Both the position numbers and the translations under genes were made by a program. 64,000 nt of DNA from Amoeboaphelidium protococcarum X5 (Eukaryota; Fungi; Aphelidiomycota): positions 310,001 to 374,000 of the forward strand of contig JALDTO010000146.1 in the NCBI GenBank assembly GCA_023515725.1. The letters are read 5' to 3'. Shown here in pieces: positions 24,248-37,869 of the stretch (position 1 is its first letter; each line of letters starts with the position of its first letter). The notes below the pieces were generated by a model. The model did no database searches and had not been told where the DNA came from. It saw only the letters and a list, made by a program, of their open reading frames with translations.

Positions 24248-25387
24248 ATGAAATATTTTTCTACAGACATTGTGGATGCTTTGAATGCTAAAATGACAGA
24301 GATGGAAGGATCTAATTGCCTCATTAATGGGCGGATGGAAGTATATGTGGGAAAACGGCCTGACAAGAGTGAGAAGTAATTGATTAAAAAACTGGCACAT
24401 CTCCATGATGTCCATGCATAGTAGTAGTAGTAATAATAATAATAGTAGTAGTAGTAGTAATCAAATACCATTAATCGGGGTGCATAATCTGATTTAGATG
24501 ACATTGAGTATTATAGAGAGAACAAGAATCTCATACAGCTGATTGAAATTCTCAATTTCGCTTATCCAGATTATGATTTTAGTTGCTCTGGAGTTGATTT
24601 GAATAATGCCTTCGTGGAGTGTACCGGGAAATTGGACGACATTATGTAGAACATTGCCTAATGTCTTGGCGCAGTAGCTGACTAGCAATTATCATCCAAG
24701 ATATTTCATGCTCTCAACCTCGTTGTTGGTCCGTATGCGTTGTATCCTCTGCCAGAGTCTGAGCCGTAAAATCCTGCGCCTCCTCAGCCATCTAGTGCTT
24801 CTTCTACATCTACAGCTAGAAAACGCACTAAAGGGGCAGTTCAATAAAAATCTAGTACTGCTAGCTCTAAAGAAGTCTAAACAAAAACTGGTCGCTCTAG
24901 AAAGTCTTCCATTCTAAAGAAGCATCAAGACGTGGCTTATGAATATTAGAAAACACCAGATTCAGAGTTCATTGAGCGATGGAATAATGAAGTTGAGATT
25001 TATTAATACCTGCCTGTGGATGAGAATTCAGATCCACTTAATGAAGATGGGAACTCTCTCTGGACCTTTCATTATATCTTTAGGAATATTAAGTTGATGC
25101 GACATGTCTATCTCTGCCTGTGTGCTTACATTGATTCTGGCAGTAGTAAATCTTCTGTTTTCACGGCCGATACCGCGAGTTTATCAGGAGATGTTGGCCT
25201 TACTCAGAATTCCCATTTATAGAACTACGCATAGAATACTATAAAGGCTGGAACGTCATAGTCTGTATCACCTTAGCCAATTGTCATTCAAAGTGGAGTA
25301 TCCTCTCCATCCCCCGTGTAGCTCCCAATATCTGATTCCGCTTCTGTTACTGATTAGCATCCTGTTAAGAAATTGCGCGTTTAATGA
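24248..25387 (+). CDS. MAF1: RNA polymerase III repressor Maf1
   Basis: MKYF...INGRMEVY, LIEILNFAYPDYDFS, SDPLNEDGNSLWTFHYIFRN boxes. Internal poly-Q written in TAR codons. Confidence 0.88.
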
Positions 25388-25721
25388 TTCTATACTTGTT
25401 TACATGAGCTTTGATATTTGAATTAGCGTGATTCTATCTGCAATATCATTTATGAATAATCTCTCATATTCTTGTTCACCATTGCGCTCACTGTAGAAAA
25501 TATATCGGAAAAATATATCGCAGCTAAGCTTAAAGATTTATCGGCGTATCCCACAATGACTTTATTTTGCAACATGGAGCAAACATGATTAACTATAGAT
25601 TCATCAGTACGACCAAGGGGCTGCAAGAAACGCAGTAAAGATCTTAGCGCGTGACACACGTGACAATGAGCATTACAATTTCTCCAACCCTGGTAGTGAA
25701 AATATCAAGTAATTCATCATT

Positions 25722-27091
25722 ATGATTCTTGCAGTATTATAACTTGTTTACTATTTAGCGGCAATCATTAATGTCATATCAGGCGCTCATTTACGCGTCT
25801 TTCACTGGTAGAAGCTGGAATTACCTCTCGACCTTGCGTGGTAGGACGATGGTTATACCGGATCCTCCAGTGTGCGTGTTGGCATCGATCTAGCCGCATG
25901 TGCAAGTAGTTTGTTAAAAGAGACTGTGGCAATTCCTCTTAATGTCCTTATGATTATTTGTCCTGCAAATCATTACAGCATTGAAATTGGGGTAACTACT
26001 TTGACAAACTTGCATTCACCTAAAGTTCATCGTATGACTGTCAGTTAATCGTCGGGCGCGAGCTCACGATAACGGGGCTCGGCATTAAAGTCTTATATCC
26101 AAGAGACAAAACGATTCTAAAAATGTGCTGCCCTAGAACAGGATCGGATAAATAGTCGTCTGATAGCCAGACTGAAGATGGTATTTTTGAAAAGCTGAAA
26201 GACGTTTACTATTTTTACGATTTCCATGAAGATATGGAGTAACAGTAGATTCTGGACCAGTTTAACGTTCGGTTTGAAGCACAGTGGGGGAAGTATGATA
26301 TCGACTACTCGGTCGCGTTTCTTAATGAGATGCCGCGTTCTGACTAGTTTAGGCATTTGCGGCGTGAAGTCTATTCGCTCTCAATGAAATGTGCTGAATT
26401 TTTATCTGCTAAAGGTGTCGAGTTTGAGTAAATCTCCAGTAATACTGATATTTCTTCTGCGAGTGGTGGAATGCCAGTAGTTGCCATTCGTCAGAGATTT
26501 ATTAAATCTGAGAGGTCGGGAGTCCGGAAACCATTTAGATAAAAGTTAATGAGCGTATCGTATAAACTGACACCGAAGACTGGACGTGACTTACATCCAC
26601 GCGAGAGTTGGACGCTGAAAAATGGTAAAGATTAGATTAAGGTGTCAGATGCATTTTTTCGACAGTGTTTTTAGTTAACATTGCTTTGTGGGAGGTAGGA
26701 GGATTGCATCAAGCATGGGGTTTTATCTATTGAAAAATTCAATTTATAGAGCATTGCACTTATTGATGCGATTACGTAGGACCAAGTCTAAGTAGGAAGC
26801 CTGCAGCAATTGAATGTCGAATAAATGGCTACTGTTTTAATGACATTGGACTTCTTGTTAGTGGCAGATGTATTTGCGATATTTCTGCAAAAAGTTCTAT
26901 TTCCCATTATGGAAATGTATAATGTCAGGCAGTCATATAGATTGTTACAAATGCTGTCCTTAAGCTCTCAGTTGGCTCCATACAGGCGGATTTTGCGTGA
27001 AAAACTGAGAGCAGCTGTGTTGAAAGTATTAGATGAAAAGGATTCATTTGAGAATATAATGACTTGGAATATTTGGGAATAAGAAGCGTGA
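25722..27091 (+). CDS. Hypothetical secreted protein with an apparent frameshift or unrecognised intron
   Basis: Signal-peptide-like MILAVLQLVYYLAAIINVISG. First frame open to ~26197, second frame open from ~26060 to TGA at 27089-27091. Confidence 0.45.
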
Positions 27092-27500
27092 GCAGTCTTT
27101 GCAAAGGTAGATTTATTATTAGTTGTTCTACAAGTGTTTGAATAGACATGTATCTAAAGTTTTACATAGTATTAGTATTAGTATATGTCTCGATCATTAT
27201 TCGGCGCAGAAACTGTTCTTGTCTTACACACACGTGAGTTTTGTATACGGTTTTGTGCAACTATAAAAGTTGTAATTGTGGCTTAGTATCGTGTTGGCAA
27301 TTATCAGACAAATTTCGATGAATAGAACAAAAAACACTTGCCATACACCAATAAGAGCGATCGATATCTTACTTCACTATATCCGTTAAATAATCCACAC
27401 ACAAATTTTTGGGTGTCGCGTTCAAGTACAGTAGAGTGAGCAAATGCGAAAGCATCTCTTTCTTATCCGCGAAGAATTAATTTTCATTCAAGGGACGCAG

Positions 27501-30488
27501 ATGAGGATTTCTGTTTCTTAGTAGCAGTAGTTTATTGCAAGAATAGATCATGCTGGAATCTATCTTACAGATTTACATAATGTATAAAAGTAGTATCAAC
27601 TATATACGTTTGATACTGCAGATATTAGAAAGTTGTACCATGTCCCCGCTGGAAAGTTGAATATTATATTGCGGCCGCATTAAGACTACACTGTTGCATA
27701 TTCTGTTAGTACTGGAGTTCATTTGTTGGATGTTTAGAAATAGCAATTAATTTACAATTCTATTTATGGTGATGGTAATGTTACTGATCTTTGCTGGTTA
27801 TCTGAGAATGTTCTCGCAGTGTCACATACGTCAATGGACTCTATTCGGATACTCGATGTAAGGTCAGCAGTGTGTGATGTCTAATCTTTCTCTTTGTATG
27901 ACTCTGCTCTATATGCCAGTTGTCTTAAGAAGCCTCCTGGTGTCAGAAATAATAATAATAATAGTGATGAATTGTGGTCTCTCCATGGCGGTCAAGTTGT
28001 GTGTAAGTGGGATTTACGCAATACTTTAGAACCTATTCGCTAGATTTAGCATCCAGCTTCAGCTATCTAAGATTTCGCACCTATGGATGATGACCGAGTT
28101 ATTATTGCTGGTTGGAGAAATTTGTCTGTATATTCTCAGTCTGATGATGCTGATTAATATGGTCCACGTTCTGGTATTGAATGCGGCCCTTTGGAATGCC
28201 TTGGAGTTGACACTACTGCTGATTAGAATTTAGATTTTGTTTTGTATTATGACATTAAGCAAAAGGTATTTGTAAGAAGATTTATATCTGATTTAGATTC
28301 TATTCAGACATAATCTTCAAGTATTGAACATCTACAGCCAGTAGACAGTATTGCGATAGGGAACACTTCTTTTGTGCTACTCAGCGATGCTTCTTTATGC
28401 AAGGTATAATTTGAGTTACAAGAAGGTGCGACGGATTATATTGAAGAAGAATAGGATAAAGAAGGTCGGTAGTCGAAATCTAATTTAATATAGCAAGAGT
28501 GGTTTGTAAATGTTGTATAAAGGGACGCCATGCGCTCTATCAAAACACTATTCTCTTAATCCGTCTTTACTAAAGTTGTCAAAGTTCAAGGCGTTTCCAT
28601 AAATGGACCTCTACTCAATGTTAAGCTGTTAATTTATAGTAAAGTTGTGTTGAAGAAGCTAACACTGACTTTGGACTATGATTGTATTGAGCATAGCAAG
28701 TCGTAATTGTCTGTGTTTGACTATAATGGTGTGATTGTTGAGGTGCCGGAGCACATGCGGGACTTTAAAGATGGCCCGGTAGAAGTGCTTAGATTATTGC
28801 TGGAACACTTTTGCATTTCTCCAAACTCAGGAGTAAACAACAATAGAAATGCATTAGTTCTTGGATAGGAAAGTCCGTCCATGTTTACTCCAGCGGCTGA
28901 TGTTCCTGCACCTCGACCGCTGTTTGCCGTCTTTCATCCATCTGGAAAGTGTCTGCTGATTAAATATCAGTTATAAGGTGGTAGTGGTAGTTGTAGTCCC
29001 GACAAGCCACAAATACGAACATTTGCAGATCATCTTTCAAGTAGGTAGTATACTCACTCTCCAACTTAATCTAGTGTTAGTGGCGATGTTAAAGGAGTTC
29101 TTTCTGGATCTGCTGAATCTTCACTCTCGCTCGGTGGGCTGGATTAGCTTCATATCCACCCTCATAGAATCTATATTTTTGAGGATACAAGGATTTGTGG
29201 TATGTCTCTATAGGAAGCAAGTCTTTACCAAGCTTGGAGTGATGATGGACAATTAGCTGTTGCGGAAAACAATCAGTTGGTAAAGTCTAAATTTCAGTAC
29301 ATTTGGCGAGTATTGACTCAAGCTATTAAATTATTTTATTCGGATTGGCGTCGTAGTAATGTCGAAGTTTTGTTGTATACTTTAGTAAAATCTTTGCTGA
29401 GTTAGGCTGAGTCTGATATTATGCACTTTGCGCTGATATCTTGTTTATTTGATCAGTAAAATCGTAAGATGTGCCATAAATTAATGTAGAAAATAGTATA
29501 AGCTGTGGAAAGAAGAAACTCATTGCACATTAAGGCGCCTGTCAGAGAACGCAGCGATTTGAAATTGGTCGAAAAGATTCCCAACTTTGTCAGATCATTA
29601 TTTATCCCTTTGAAGGATTCTGATGGAGATGAAATCGAACGGATTGCTGATCGCGAGGACATGAATCCCTCAGGCTTGTCTGATTTTGGAAAGAGTATGT
29701 CATTTGGCAATTCCTAGTAAGATCTGCGCGTAAATGCTGTCAAAGATATCCAGTCTTAACATGCTTCCCCTAAATTGAATCCTGTGACAAGTTTCAAAAA
29801 CTCTTAAGGTCAGTTTACCAGCCTGGATTCTCTGCAAGTTGGCGCTTCTGCTAGTTCTGCCCTCTAAAAGGACCTGAATGCTTCGCGTCTTAGAAAAACC
29901 ATTAGTGTTGAGAGATTGTCCTCCGCTCAGTCCAACTTTCCAGATGGTGAAGATGAAGTTCTGAATTTGCAAGATAAAGATGTTGCTGATCAGAAGGGAA
30001 ATTAAATTCAAATTGTGGTAGGAACTGAGTTGATTAAATAGCGGAAACGTAAATAATGGACATCGAAAGTTGGTAGATCTTAAGTTTTGACATTTGACTT
30101 TAAAGACTCAATGAAGCATTCCGTAAAGAGATCCCAGTATGTTCATTTCCTAGAGAGTAATTGCATGCTGTAGAAAGCGGCAGAAATTCGGTAGTTTACC
30201 GACAAGAGAACGGAGCCACAATTGTAAAATCATTGTGGTGAATGTGACGCGTTATTAGTAAATGATAGCGTTTGTCATTCATGTCAGGAGAGAATGCCAA
30301 AATGTGTAGTGTGCCAACTCAGTATTAAGTAGGAACTATTCGTATTCTGTAGCAAATGTCTTCATGGTGGTCATCGAACGCATTTAGCTAGTTGGTTCTA
30401 ATAAGATTGTGAATGTCCTTTTGGTTGTGGCTGTTAATGTACGCTCACCTCTAATGTCATATCGCCCACACTGAGTAGTTCAGATTGA
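27501..30488 (+). CDS. WDR59: GATOR2/SEA complex WD40-RING protein, WDR59/Sea3-like
   Basis: N-terminal WD-like repeats, DVPAPRPLFAVFHPSG, C-terminal CVVCQL...CSKCLHGGH...WF...CPFGCGCQC. About 995 aa in one frame. Confidence 0.8.
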
Positions 30489-30848
30489 TTATCTCGTCGT
30501 ATATACTATACTGTACATAGCTAGTTGTTATCGTATTTATCTTTGCGCCTTTCTTACGTTGCTCCTCAACGGTCATGCTATGCCGAAAGTGGCTCATTTA
30601 GCTAATTTCTAATTATTTGGCTTTCCGAAGTTTTATACTACTAGGAGTAGAACGCAGTATTAGATATCATCATAGTTTTAAGATAGAGTCTCCAGCCACT
30701 AGACACTAGATTGGAGGTGAAACTGAAACTTCACACGGCTGGTCTTTCGCCTTTTTTGTCTCTTTTAAGTCTGTCTCTCCGTTCTCTCTTTCAATCATCT
30801 TCATTCATTCTTACTCGGCATTTATTTCAATGCAGATTGGCACGCAAA

Positions 30849-32942
30849 CTGGCTTCGTATCACATTGTTATCGAAGTGCTGGATTTTAGCAAGTGCTCAT
30901 CCTACATAACGACTGGCCAGCTGTTCAGTGAGCATTTTCAATCAGTGTTTGCTGTACTAGATTCTGGTGACGATTAATAATCAGTAGTCTTTGACAAGGT
31001 TGACCCTTTTGGTATACTTGCCGAAGATTTGACTTTTATTAAGAGTAGAGCATTAGAAGAAGATTCACCTCTTTGTATCAATTTATACAGCTCTATTGAG
31101 CAGGATTACAGGTTTGGTTAGATTTAGATTGAACTTGTCGATATGAATGAAGATGATTAGATTGAGAGGGACGGCACCGATGCGGATGAAGCTTCGGATG
31201 GTGAAATATAGTTTGTGTCTGGCCATACTGAACTTTCTTACGGCGTGTTGCATTTGTATAAAGATACTGTAAGTTCAAATATAACACAAGTAAATGATAT
31301 CACGTTGCAGTCCTGGTAACTATTGTGTGTTCTAGCTGTGCCTGCCTTTATGACGACGTCCGATTTCTTGCTCTTTGTCTCTTCGTTCTAGTAATATATT
31401 TCACATTACCGAGTGATTAGAGACAGTCAGCCTAACAGATACATGGTGTTAATGAAGTTCAAATAGAAAGGAATGTAGTTTATGTAAGAGTATCAAGGTA
31501 GACAGTTTTCTATATTGTCGGCAGAGACGTGTCACGTTGTGCGTGTGAAGGAAATTGATGAATTTACTCATCAGCAAAGTCTACTACTGAGCCCAGATAG
31601 TTTCTAATCTCCATATCTGATATAAAGCACATCCAAGCAGTAAAAGATATCCGATATAGAATAGACATTGGATCAGAATTTTAAAGATTAGGCGTCTCTT
31701 TAACAACCTCAACCTCGATAGTTTTAGCAAGTGTAAAGACAAGAAGCTACTCCTCCTCCAGTTGTAGAATTGCCGACATGTCCTGTCTGCTTAGAACGAA
31801 TGGATGCATCTATATCTGGTCTTGTTACGGTACTCTGCCATCACACCTTTCACTGCCACTGTCTTACTAAATGGTCAGATTCCACGTGTCCTGTATGTCG
31901 CTTCTCTATTATGCATATTGATTAGCTTGGTGGTGGTGGGGCATCTGGATCTTCATTCAATGTTTGTAGTTAGTGTAATACTCAGAGTAATCTCTGGATC
32001 TGTCTTATTTGCGGCCATTTGGGGTGTGGTCGTTATCATTCGGCGCATGCGTATGAACATTTTACTCTGACCAATCATGTATACGCCTTGGAGTTGGAGA
32101 CTTAGCGTGTTTGGGATTACGTTGGCGATGGCTATGTTCATCGTCTGATTCGGGATAGAAGTGATGGGAAAGTGGTTGAATTACCAGCGCCGTTGAATAG
32201 CAATAACAACTTGGACATGATGATGTTGGATGGTTCTCAAGCGGCCGGTGTATCTGCTGCAGCGGCCGAGCAGATGAAGTTGTCCAGCTAGAATTACATG
32301 CATCAAGTTAAAAAGGCTGAGGATAAAATGGATAGGATGACTTTTGAATTTACGTAACTGCTCACCACGTCTCTAGAGTCTCAACGTGCATTCTATGAGC
32401 AGTAATTGCTCGATGTTGAGAATGAACGAGATTCTGCCATAGCACATTACTTGCATATTGAAAAGGATCTGACTTCAACTATGTAATTAAATCAATAACT
32501 CGAGAGCGCCGTATAGCTTATGGAGCAGCATATTGAGAATTTAAAGTCCTAAATTCAGGAATCGGTTAATAGTCGTGCCTAGTAAGATAAATAAATTTAA
32601 GAGTTGCAGATGCAGATTATAAAGTTGAAAGATAAATTCAAAGAGGAGCTGTTGATGAATGAACAACTGCGCTCTAATCAAAAGATATTCACAGACAAGA
32701 TTTAGAATTTGGAGTAGATTTTACGGCAGAAAGACATTTAAATCCAAGATTTGAATGATCAAGTGTTCGACTTGATGGCCTACTTTGATGCTTAGCAGAA
32801 GGTATAGCATAAACTTGATACAGCCAAGACGGAAGAGGAAAGGCAGGAGATTGTGAGCGGAAATTTAGTCGTTTAGTAGAATCCGCAGTCATCATAGTAA
32901 TAATCTTCTTCAAAGAATAGGAAGAAGTCTAGAAAGCAATGA
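30849..32942 (+). CDS. BRAP: BRAP2/Etp1 RING and UBP-finger ubiquitin ligase (start uncertain)
   Basis: [55 protein letters not shown] zf-UBP, QRVWDY, C-terminal coiled coil. Confidence 0.92.
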
Positions 32943-32981
32943 TTACATTAGTGCTTATTATTTATTCAGTCCGCTTACATA

Positions 32982-34694
32982 TCACTGCCAAAGTTTAATA
33001 TTGGAGTCTTTGCAAGCAGTCAGGATGCCAAACTATTGCGTCCACAGAACCTGATTTATGGAAGTCTGATGTGCTTTAGCCTTCCTGACCATGTCTGTGG
33101 TATGGTAATCATAAATGATCAGGCGGCCATCATTATCTGCAGTGGCCAGGTATTTACCATCAGGGGATATACAGAGTCGTGAGTGATACTTGGCAATAGA
33201 TGTACTTTCTATGGAGAACAATTACTTTCTATTCACCCTGTAGTTTTAATCGCTGGAATTGCTAAACTTACATAGTCCGTCGCATGTCTAAACGACAAAC
33301 TCTTTCCCATCAGGATGGAGAGCCATCGATGTGATATTGAATCTACTACCAACACTATTCTTCCTCCTCTTTTTATTATTATTACTCTATTAACTGTTAT
33401 TACTCATACCATCATGAGCACCATCTTTCTCTGTATTAAACAGTCTTATAGTCCGATAGCGTCCGCATTCCCACACACGCAAAGTGCCATCAGCTGAAGT
33501 GCTAACGAAGTGAGAGTTATCAAGAGCCAATAGATTATTCACATTGGCAATATGACTATTATATTCGCACTACACCACACCAGAACTTATACTCCACTCA
33601 TTCACTAAGCCATCTTCATAACCACTGAAAAAACGATCAGCAAAATCATCCTTCATCACGGCAAGAGACAGAGCACCTTAATCTGATACAAACTGCTTCA
33701 GACACTGACCATCTCTGAGATCCCACAGCCGTACAACACCATCCTTTGAAGATGAGAGAAATTGGAGTTCATCACTCAAGAATTTAACATCAGTCACAGA
33801 GTGGTTCTATTACTTTTTCTACTGCGAAGCGGAGGCAATGACGCGATAATCACGCAGCAGTTTATAATCTCCATACAACTTCCATACTCTAACTATACCA
33901 GACGAGTAGGCAGCGATTAGCAGATGATTACTACGTGGATAAAGATCTATTGCGTTGACCGGAGAACTGTCACTTTGCACTGAAAAGTTGTGCCTGCACT
34001 TAGAAACTTGACTTGTAATTTTGGAGACTGATGACCCCTTTAGCTCTTGATCGCTGGGCGCCTTCCACCAGGAATTCAAAAGCGACTAAGGACCATAGTA
34101 TATGCTAGCATATTCGCGTGATTAAGTCTGATCTATATCAACAAGTTCTTATTACTTATCTACATCTCTATGGAGTAATAAGGAATCGCTTTAAGCTGTA
34201 GAATCCAATTAACCATCTCTTTACATCAGAAATCTCTGTAATTCAGAATCGCCGTCGTCATCATCATCTTGACATCCTCTCCATGGGCCGAGATAGTTTC
34301 CACTGATAGGATCTTATTATTCAGCTTTACGCTTCTTTATGGATGCTGATTTAGCGCTTTAATCGCCAGCAGTACCACGAAGCGTTTCTTCACGTCCAGT
34401 GGGTGACTAACTGTCGTCTTACACTTACAGCGGAACTCCATGCTTAATTAAGTGCATTCGACGCGCTTCAAAGTCTGCAGCATTCATTTCTATTTAATTT
34501 ATATTCAAAGGTACATCATCCTACTTCTTGTTTATGCGGTCGACAGCTAAATTCTTACTGTATGGCACATCAATGTGACTGCTCTGCTTCACCTACTATG
34601 AAAGCTATTGACGCACCGCTTAATAATTAGACTCAGCGATATCACTTTAACGCGCAATTTAATTATCTGCTTACTTGGAGGTGTTATCTGACAT
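32982..34694 (-). CDS. WD40 protein, divergent Prp17/CDC40-like
   Basis: RKRKAE...YLGPW, VNAIDLYPRSNHLL...VRVWKLYGDYKLLRDY, ISPDGKYLATAD, terminal IKLWQ. Confidence 0.75.
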
Positions 34695-34958
34695 AGTTTG
34701 ATGAATATTGATTTGACTACAGGCTAATCTCAAAAAATTCGTCAAGCTTTCAGGATTCGCCAACTGATCTCGGCAGAAAAGGAAGATGATTTGATTAAGA
34801 AGTCGCAACAAACCCGCTAAGTAATAATAAAACTATTGCAACGTACTATTTCTAAATAAACATTCTTTAATTGAAGCACATCTTAGTAAAAAGCCATACT
34901 TAATATACAATATCAAAATCTGTTCTATTGAGGGACGGTGTATCAAAAATCTCAAAAA

Positions 34959-36053
34959 TCATTCTCCTTCTCTTCTCCACTGTGGATAAGATGTAAGAGT
35001 GTCTACGCGCCAAACTCCAAGTAGATAGGAGAGACGAAGTTCAAGTAGATCCACAGCCATCCTGATGGCATCTCTAATGATGGACAATTTGGATCCGGGC
35101 ACCTCATGCCAGTCCACAGGAACTTCCACACAACGTAAACCTTTCTATGAGGCGATATGTAACAACTCAATATCAAACAGCCAACCTTCTAAATGCATGA
35201 ATGGGAATATCAGGTGTACGGCACGGCGAGTAAACAACTTAAATCCACATTAAGTGTCACGTATCTATCTAATGTACGGTATAGACAGGCAGTATAGAAC
35301 CAGGTGAAAGGCTAGCATTAAAAGATTCCGTATCCGCGATCTCTTCACCACACTTTCAGTCTTGACCAAATAAGCTCTGCTTCCAATAGCGATATCAACA
35401 TTATTACCATCCTCATTATCTCGCTCAACTTATTATTATTTTCTTTTAATACTAGAAATAAGTTTAGATAAATCAGAAAATTCAGTAGCACCATCAGCAT
35501 CAGCGAATAGGCACAACATTCCAGAGGCGCATAACATTCCACAGGTCACCGCTCGTCCTTTACCCCGATTGACGTCCAGTTTGAGCACTTTCATAGATAT
35601 GAGTCGGTGCCTAGTAGTGTAATCTAGAGATTTTATAAAGTCCACCACCACATCAAGTGTCTCGTCTTTAGAACCATCATCCACCACTATAATCTCACTT
35701 CTTAATCCCATTTACACCAGAGTTTCAACACACGGACCCAGCATGGCAGCTATTCTACTCTATTCATTATAAGCAGGGATTATTACAGAAAGATCGTACT
35801 TGGAATGTTCTTTAGTTTAACTGTATATGTCAACAGGCAACTATTGTTCATTATCCTCAGTAGAATTACTACTACAATAGTACCATTTAGCCTCGCTTAT
35901 AGTCAAGGGATGTGTCGTAGGAGCAATGATCCGCATTAACCATCTCAGACTTTTCATTATCAACATTGGAGCAGCCAATAATCCAATAGTAACTAGTAGA
36001 AATTTAGTTTCATAATTCTTATAAAAATCAAAGGCTAAGAATGGGGACTTCAT
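34959..36053 (-). CDS. ALG5: Dolichyl-phosphate beta-glucosyltransferase
   Basis: [42 protein letters not shown] (Q=TAA), WLFDIEL. Confidence 0.95.
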
Positions 36054-36242
36054 ATTTATATAGTGTTTAATACTAGATTTGTATTATTTAGTACCAGTCC
36101 TAACAGTCCCGCGTTTGATGAAAAGAGAAAGACAAGACCGTAATGAAGACCGTATGTGAGATAAACCGGTATGATACACAAGAGGGGGAAATGTACAATA
36201 ATAAACATGAAATATATTAACGATACAAAATGCAGACATTAA

Positions 36243-36572
36243 TCAGCCTGGACCTACTTTGGGAACATCGTGATGTTCAGTCAATTTCTCCAATTTTTTG
36301 TTCAGTCGTTATACCCTTTCCACGTGAGTTTCTTTAGCCAATTCGGGCAGTTTATCCATCAGTCGCTTCCGTCGTAACTCTTACGCCTATCTCTCCGATT
36401 CTGTCATTTTTAAAGGTAATTCTTATTTAGGATGGATAACAGTAATTTCTTCTCCAGCAGATGGTTTGGATACTTAATTTTATGATTTCTTGTTATACGG
36501 CACCTGCTTACTACTGCCTTTTAAATTCAATGACTTGCGCACTACATTCTTATACGCGTCGTCTTTTGGCAT
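36243..36572 (-). CDS. FAM32A: FAM32A/DUF1754 protein, 109 aa
   Basis: LNLKG, [28 protein letters not shown] C-terminus. Confidence 0.9.
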
Positions 36573-36976
36573 TTTCTATCAAGAGAGACTCCTATCTTTC
36601 ATTCAATCGAACATCAGAAGTAAAAGATAAGAAGAAGAGATTCGCGCGCGTGACTTCAAGTGATCCTGTAAATTTGTGTTAAATTGTTTTATCATCACTG
36701 ACTGACTGACTGTCTCAGCTCGGCTTTATTCTGAATTAGAGATAAGCTTGATTTGATCAGAGTACTACTTACCACACACGTATAAAGAAATTTCGTTTTG
36801 TTGATAATTTTTTCGCGTTTCGACTATCACCATTGTTCACTTAAAGGCGATTACAATAATGATGAATAATCGTTTGAGATTCATCTTGTTCTTTGTCTCG
36901 TTTACGTGCAGATAGATATAAAGCTTGATGACCATATATTGATTATATACGGGATTGAAACAGAGATAAAATAGAA

Positions 36977-37804
36977 ATGAAAGAACTGGCTCTTCAAGTG
37001 TCAAAAGCTGTTGTTTTGTTGGGGTCGATTTGTAAATTGCCACAGCTGAATGCTGCACGTAATTATAAAGTGAATATTGGTATTATTGTGGTTGAGACAT
37101 CGCATTTACTGCTCAGTCTGTGGTTCTGCAGTCATTTGAATAATTTATCAATTTGGCTTTATGGTGAGTTGTATCCATTGATTGCTTTTAATATTATATC
37201 GCTGTGCATGACATGTATCAAGAGTGATAAGATTAATGTCCCATCTGCTATGGTCGTCTACTTTAGTATTCTATTCTATGCTTTAAATCGATACGCTACT
37301 GATATTCTCGTCTCAAAGTCCATTTTATGCTTAAGCAATCTAACGCTCTTGCCTTTAATGACTTTACTATCAGCCAGGAATTTGGTTAAATCTAATGATA
37401 AAATACAGCTTTGGGACATTATATTTTCTATCGTTGGGGTGCTTATGGCATCTGGTCGCGTTCTAACTGCTTTTATGGAACCTTTAAAGTCTTCATCGAC
37501 TATTGCTAATGTATATTCAGTTGTTGGACATTTTGTAGATTATGCTCTTGTGGGTAAGAGTTCCTTAATAGCTGACTATGTACACCTTGACAGTCTTCAG
37601 TCGTAGTAGAACTAATGGCTTTAAAAGCTTACTCGCGCTGATATCATTCTGACGTCTGCATCATTGTATGGCTTCGTCTTCTCTATCACGTCTGCTATTA
37701 TTATTTTGTATAAAAGTTTAACTTAACAACGATCTGTTGAATCTAGAATACAGGCGAAATAAACAGCTACAGCTGCTCATCTAAAATACAAAAAAATCAA
37801 GTGA
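36977..37804 (+). CDS. PQ-loop-like multi-pass membrane protein
   Basis: GSICKLPQL motif, several hydrophobic helices, basic KKIK end. An upstream exon is possible. Confidence 0.6.
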
Positions 37805-37869
37805 AAGTGAAAAGCTAATATTAGAAGAGTAGTAGAGCCATTATATTGAGAGACAGATGTAGGATTGAT

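Noticed and set aside
24178-24504. Poly-tyrosine ORF on the minus strand
   Set aside because: Antisense shadow of the TAR poly-Q tract in MAF1.
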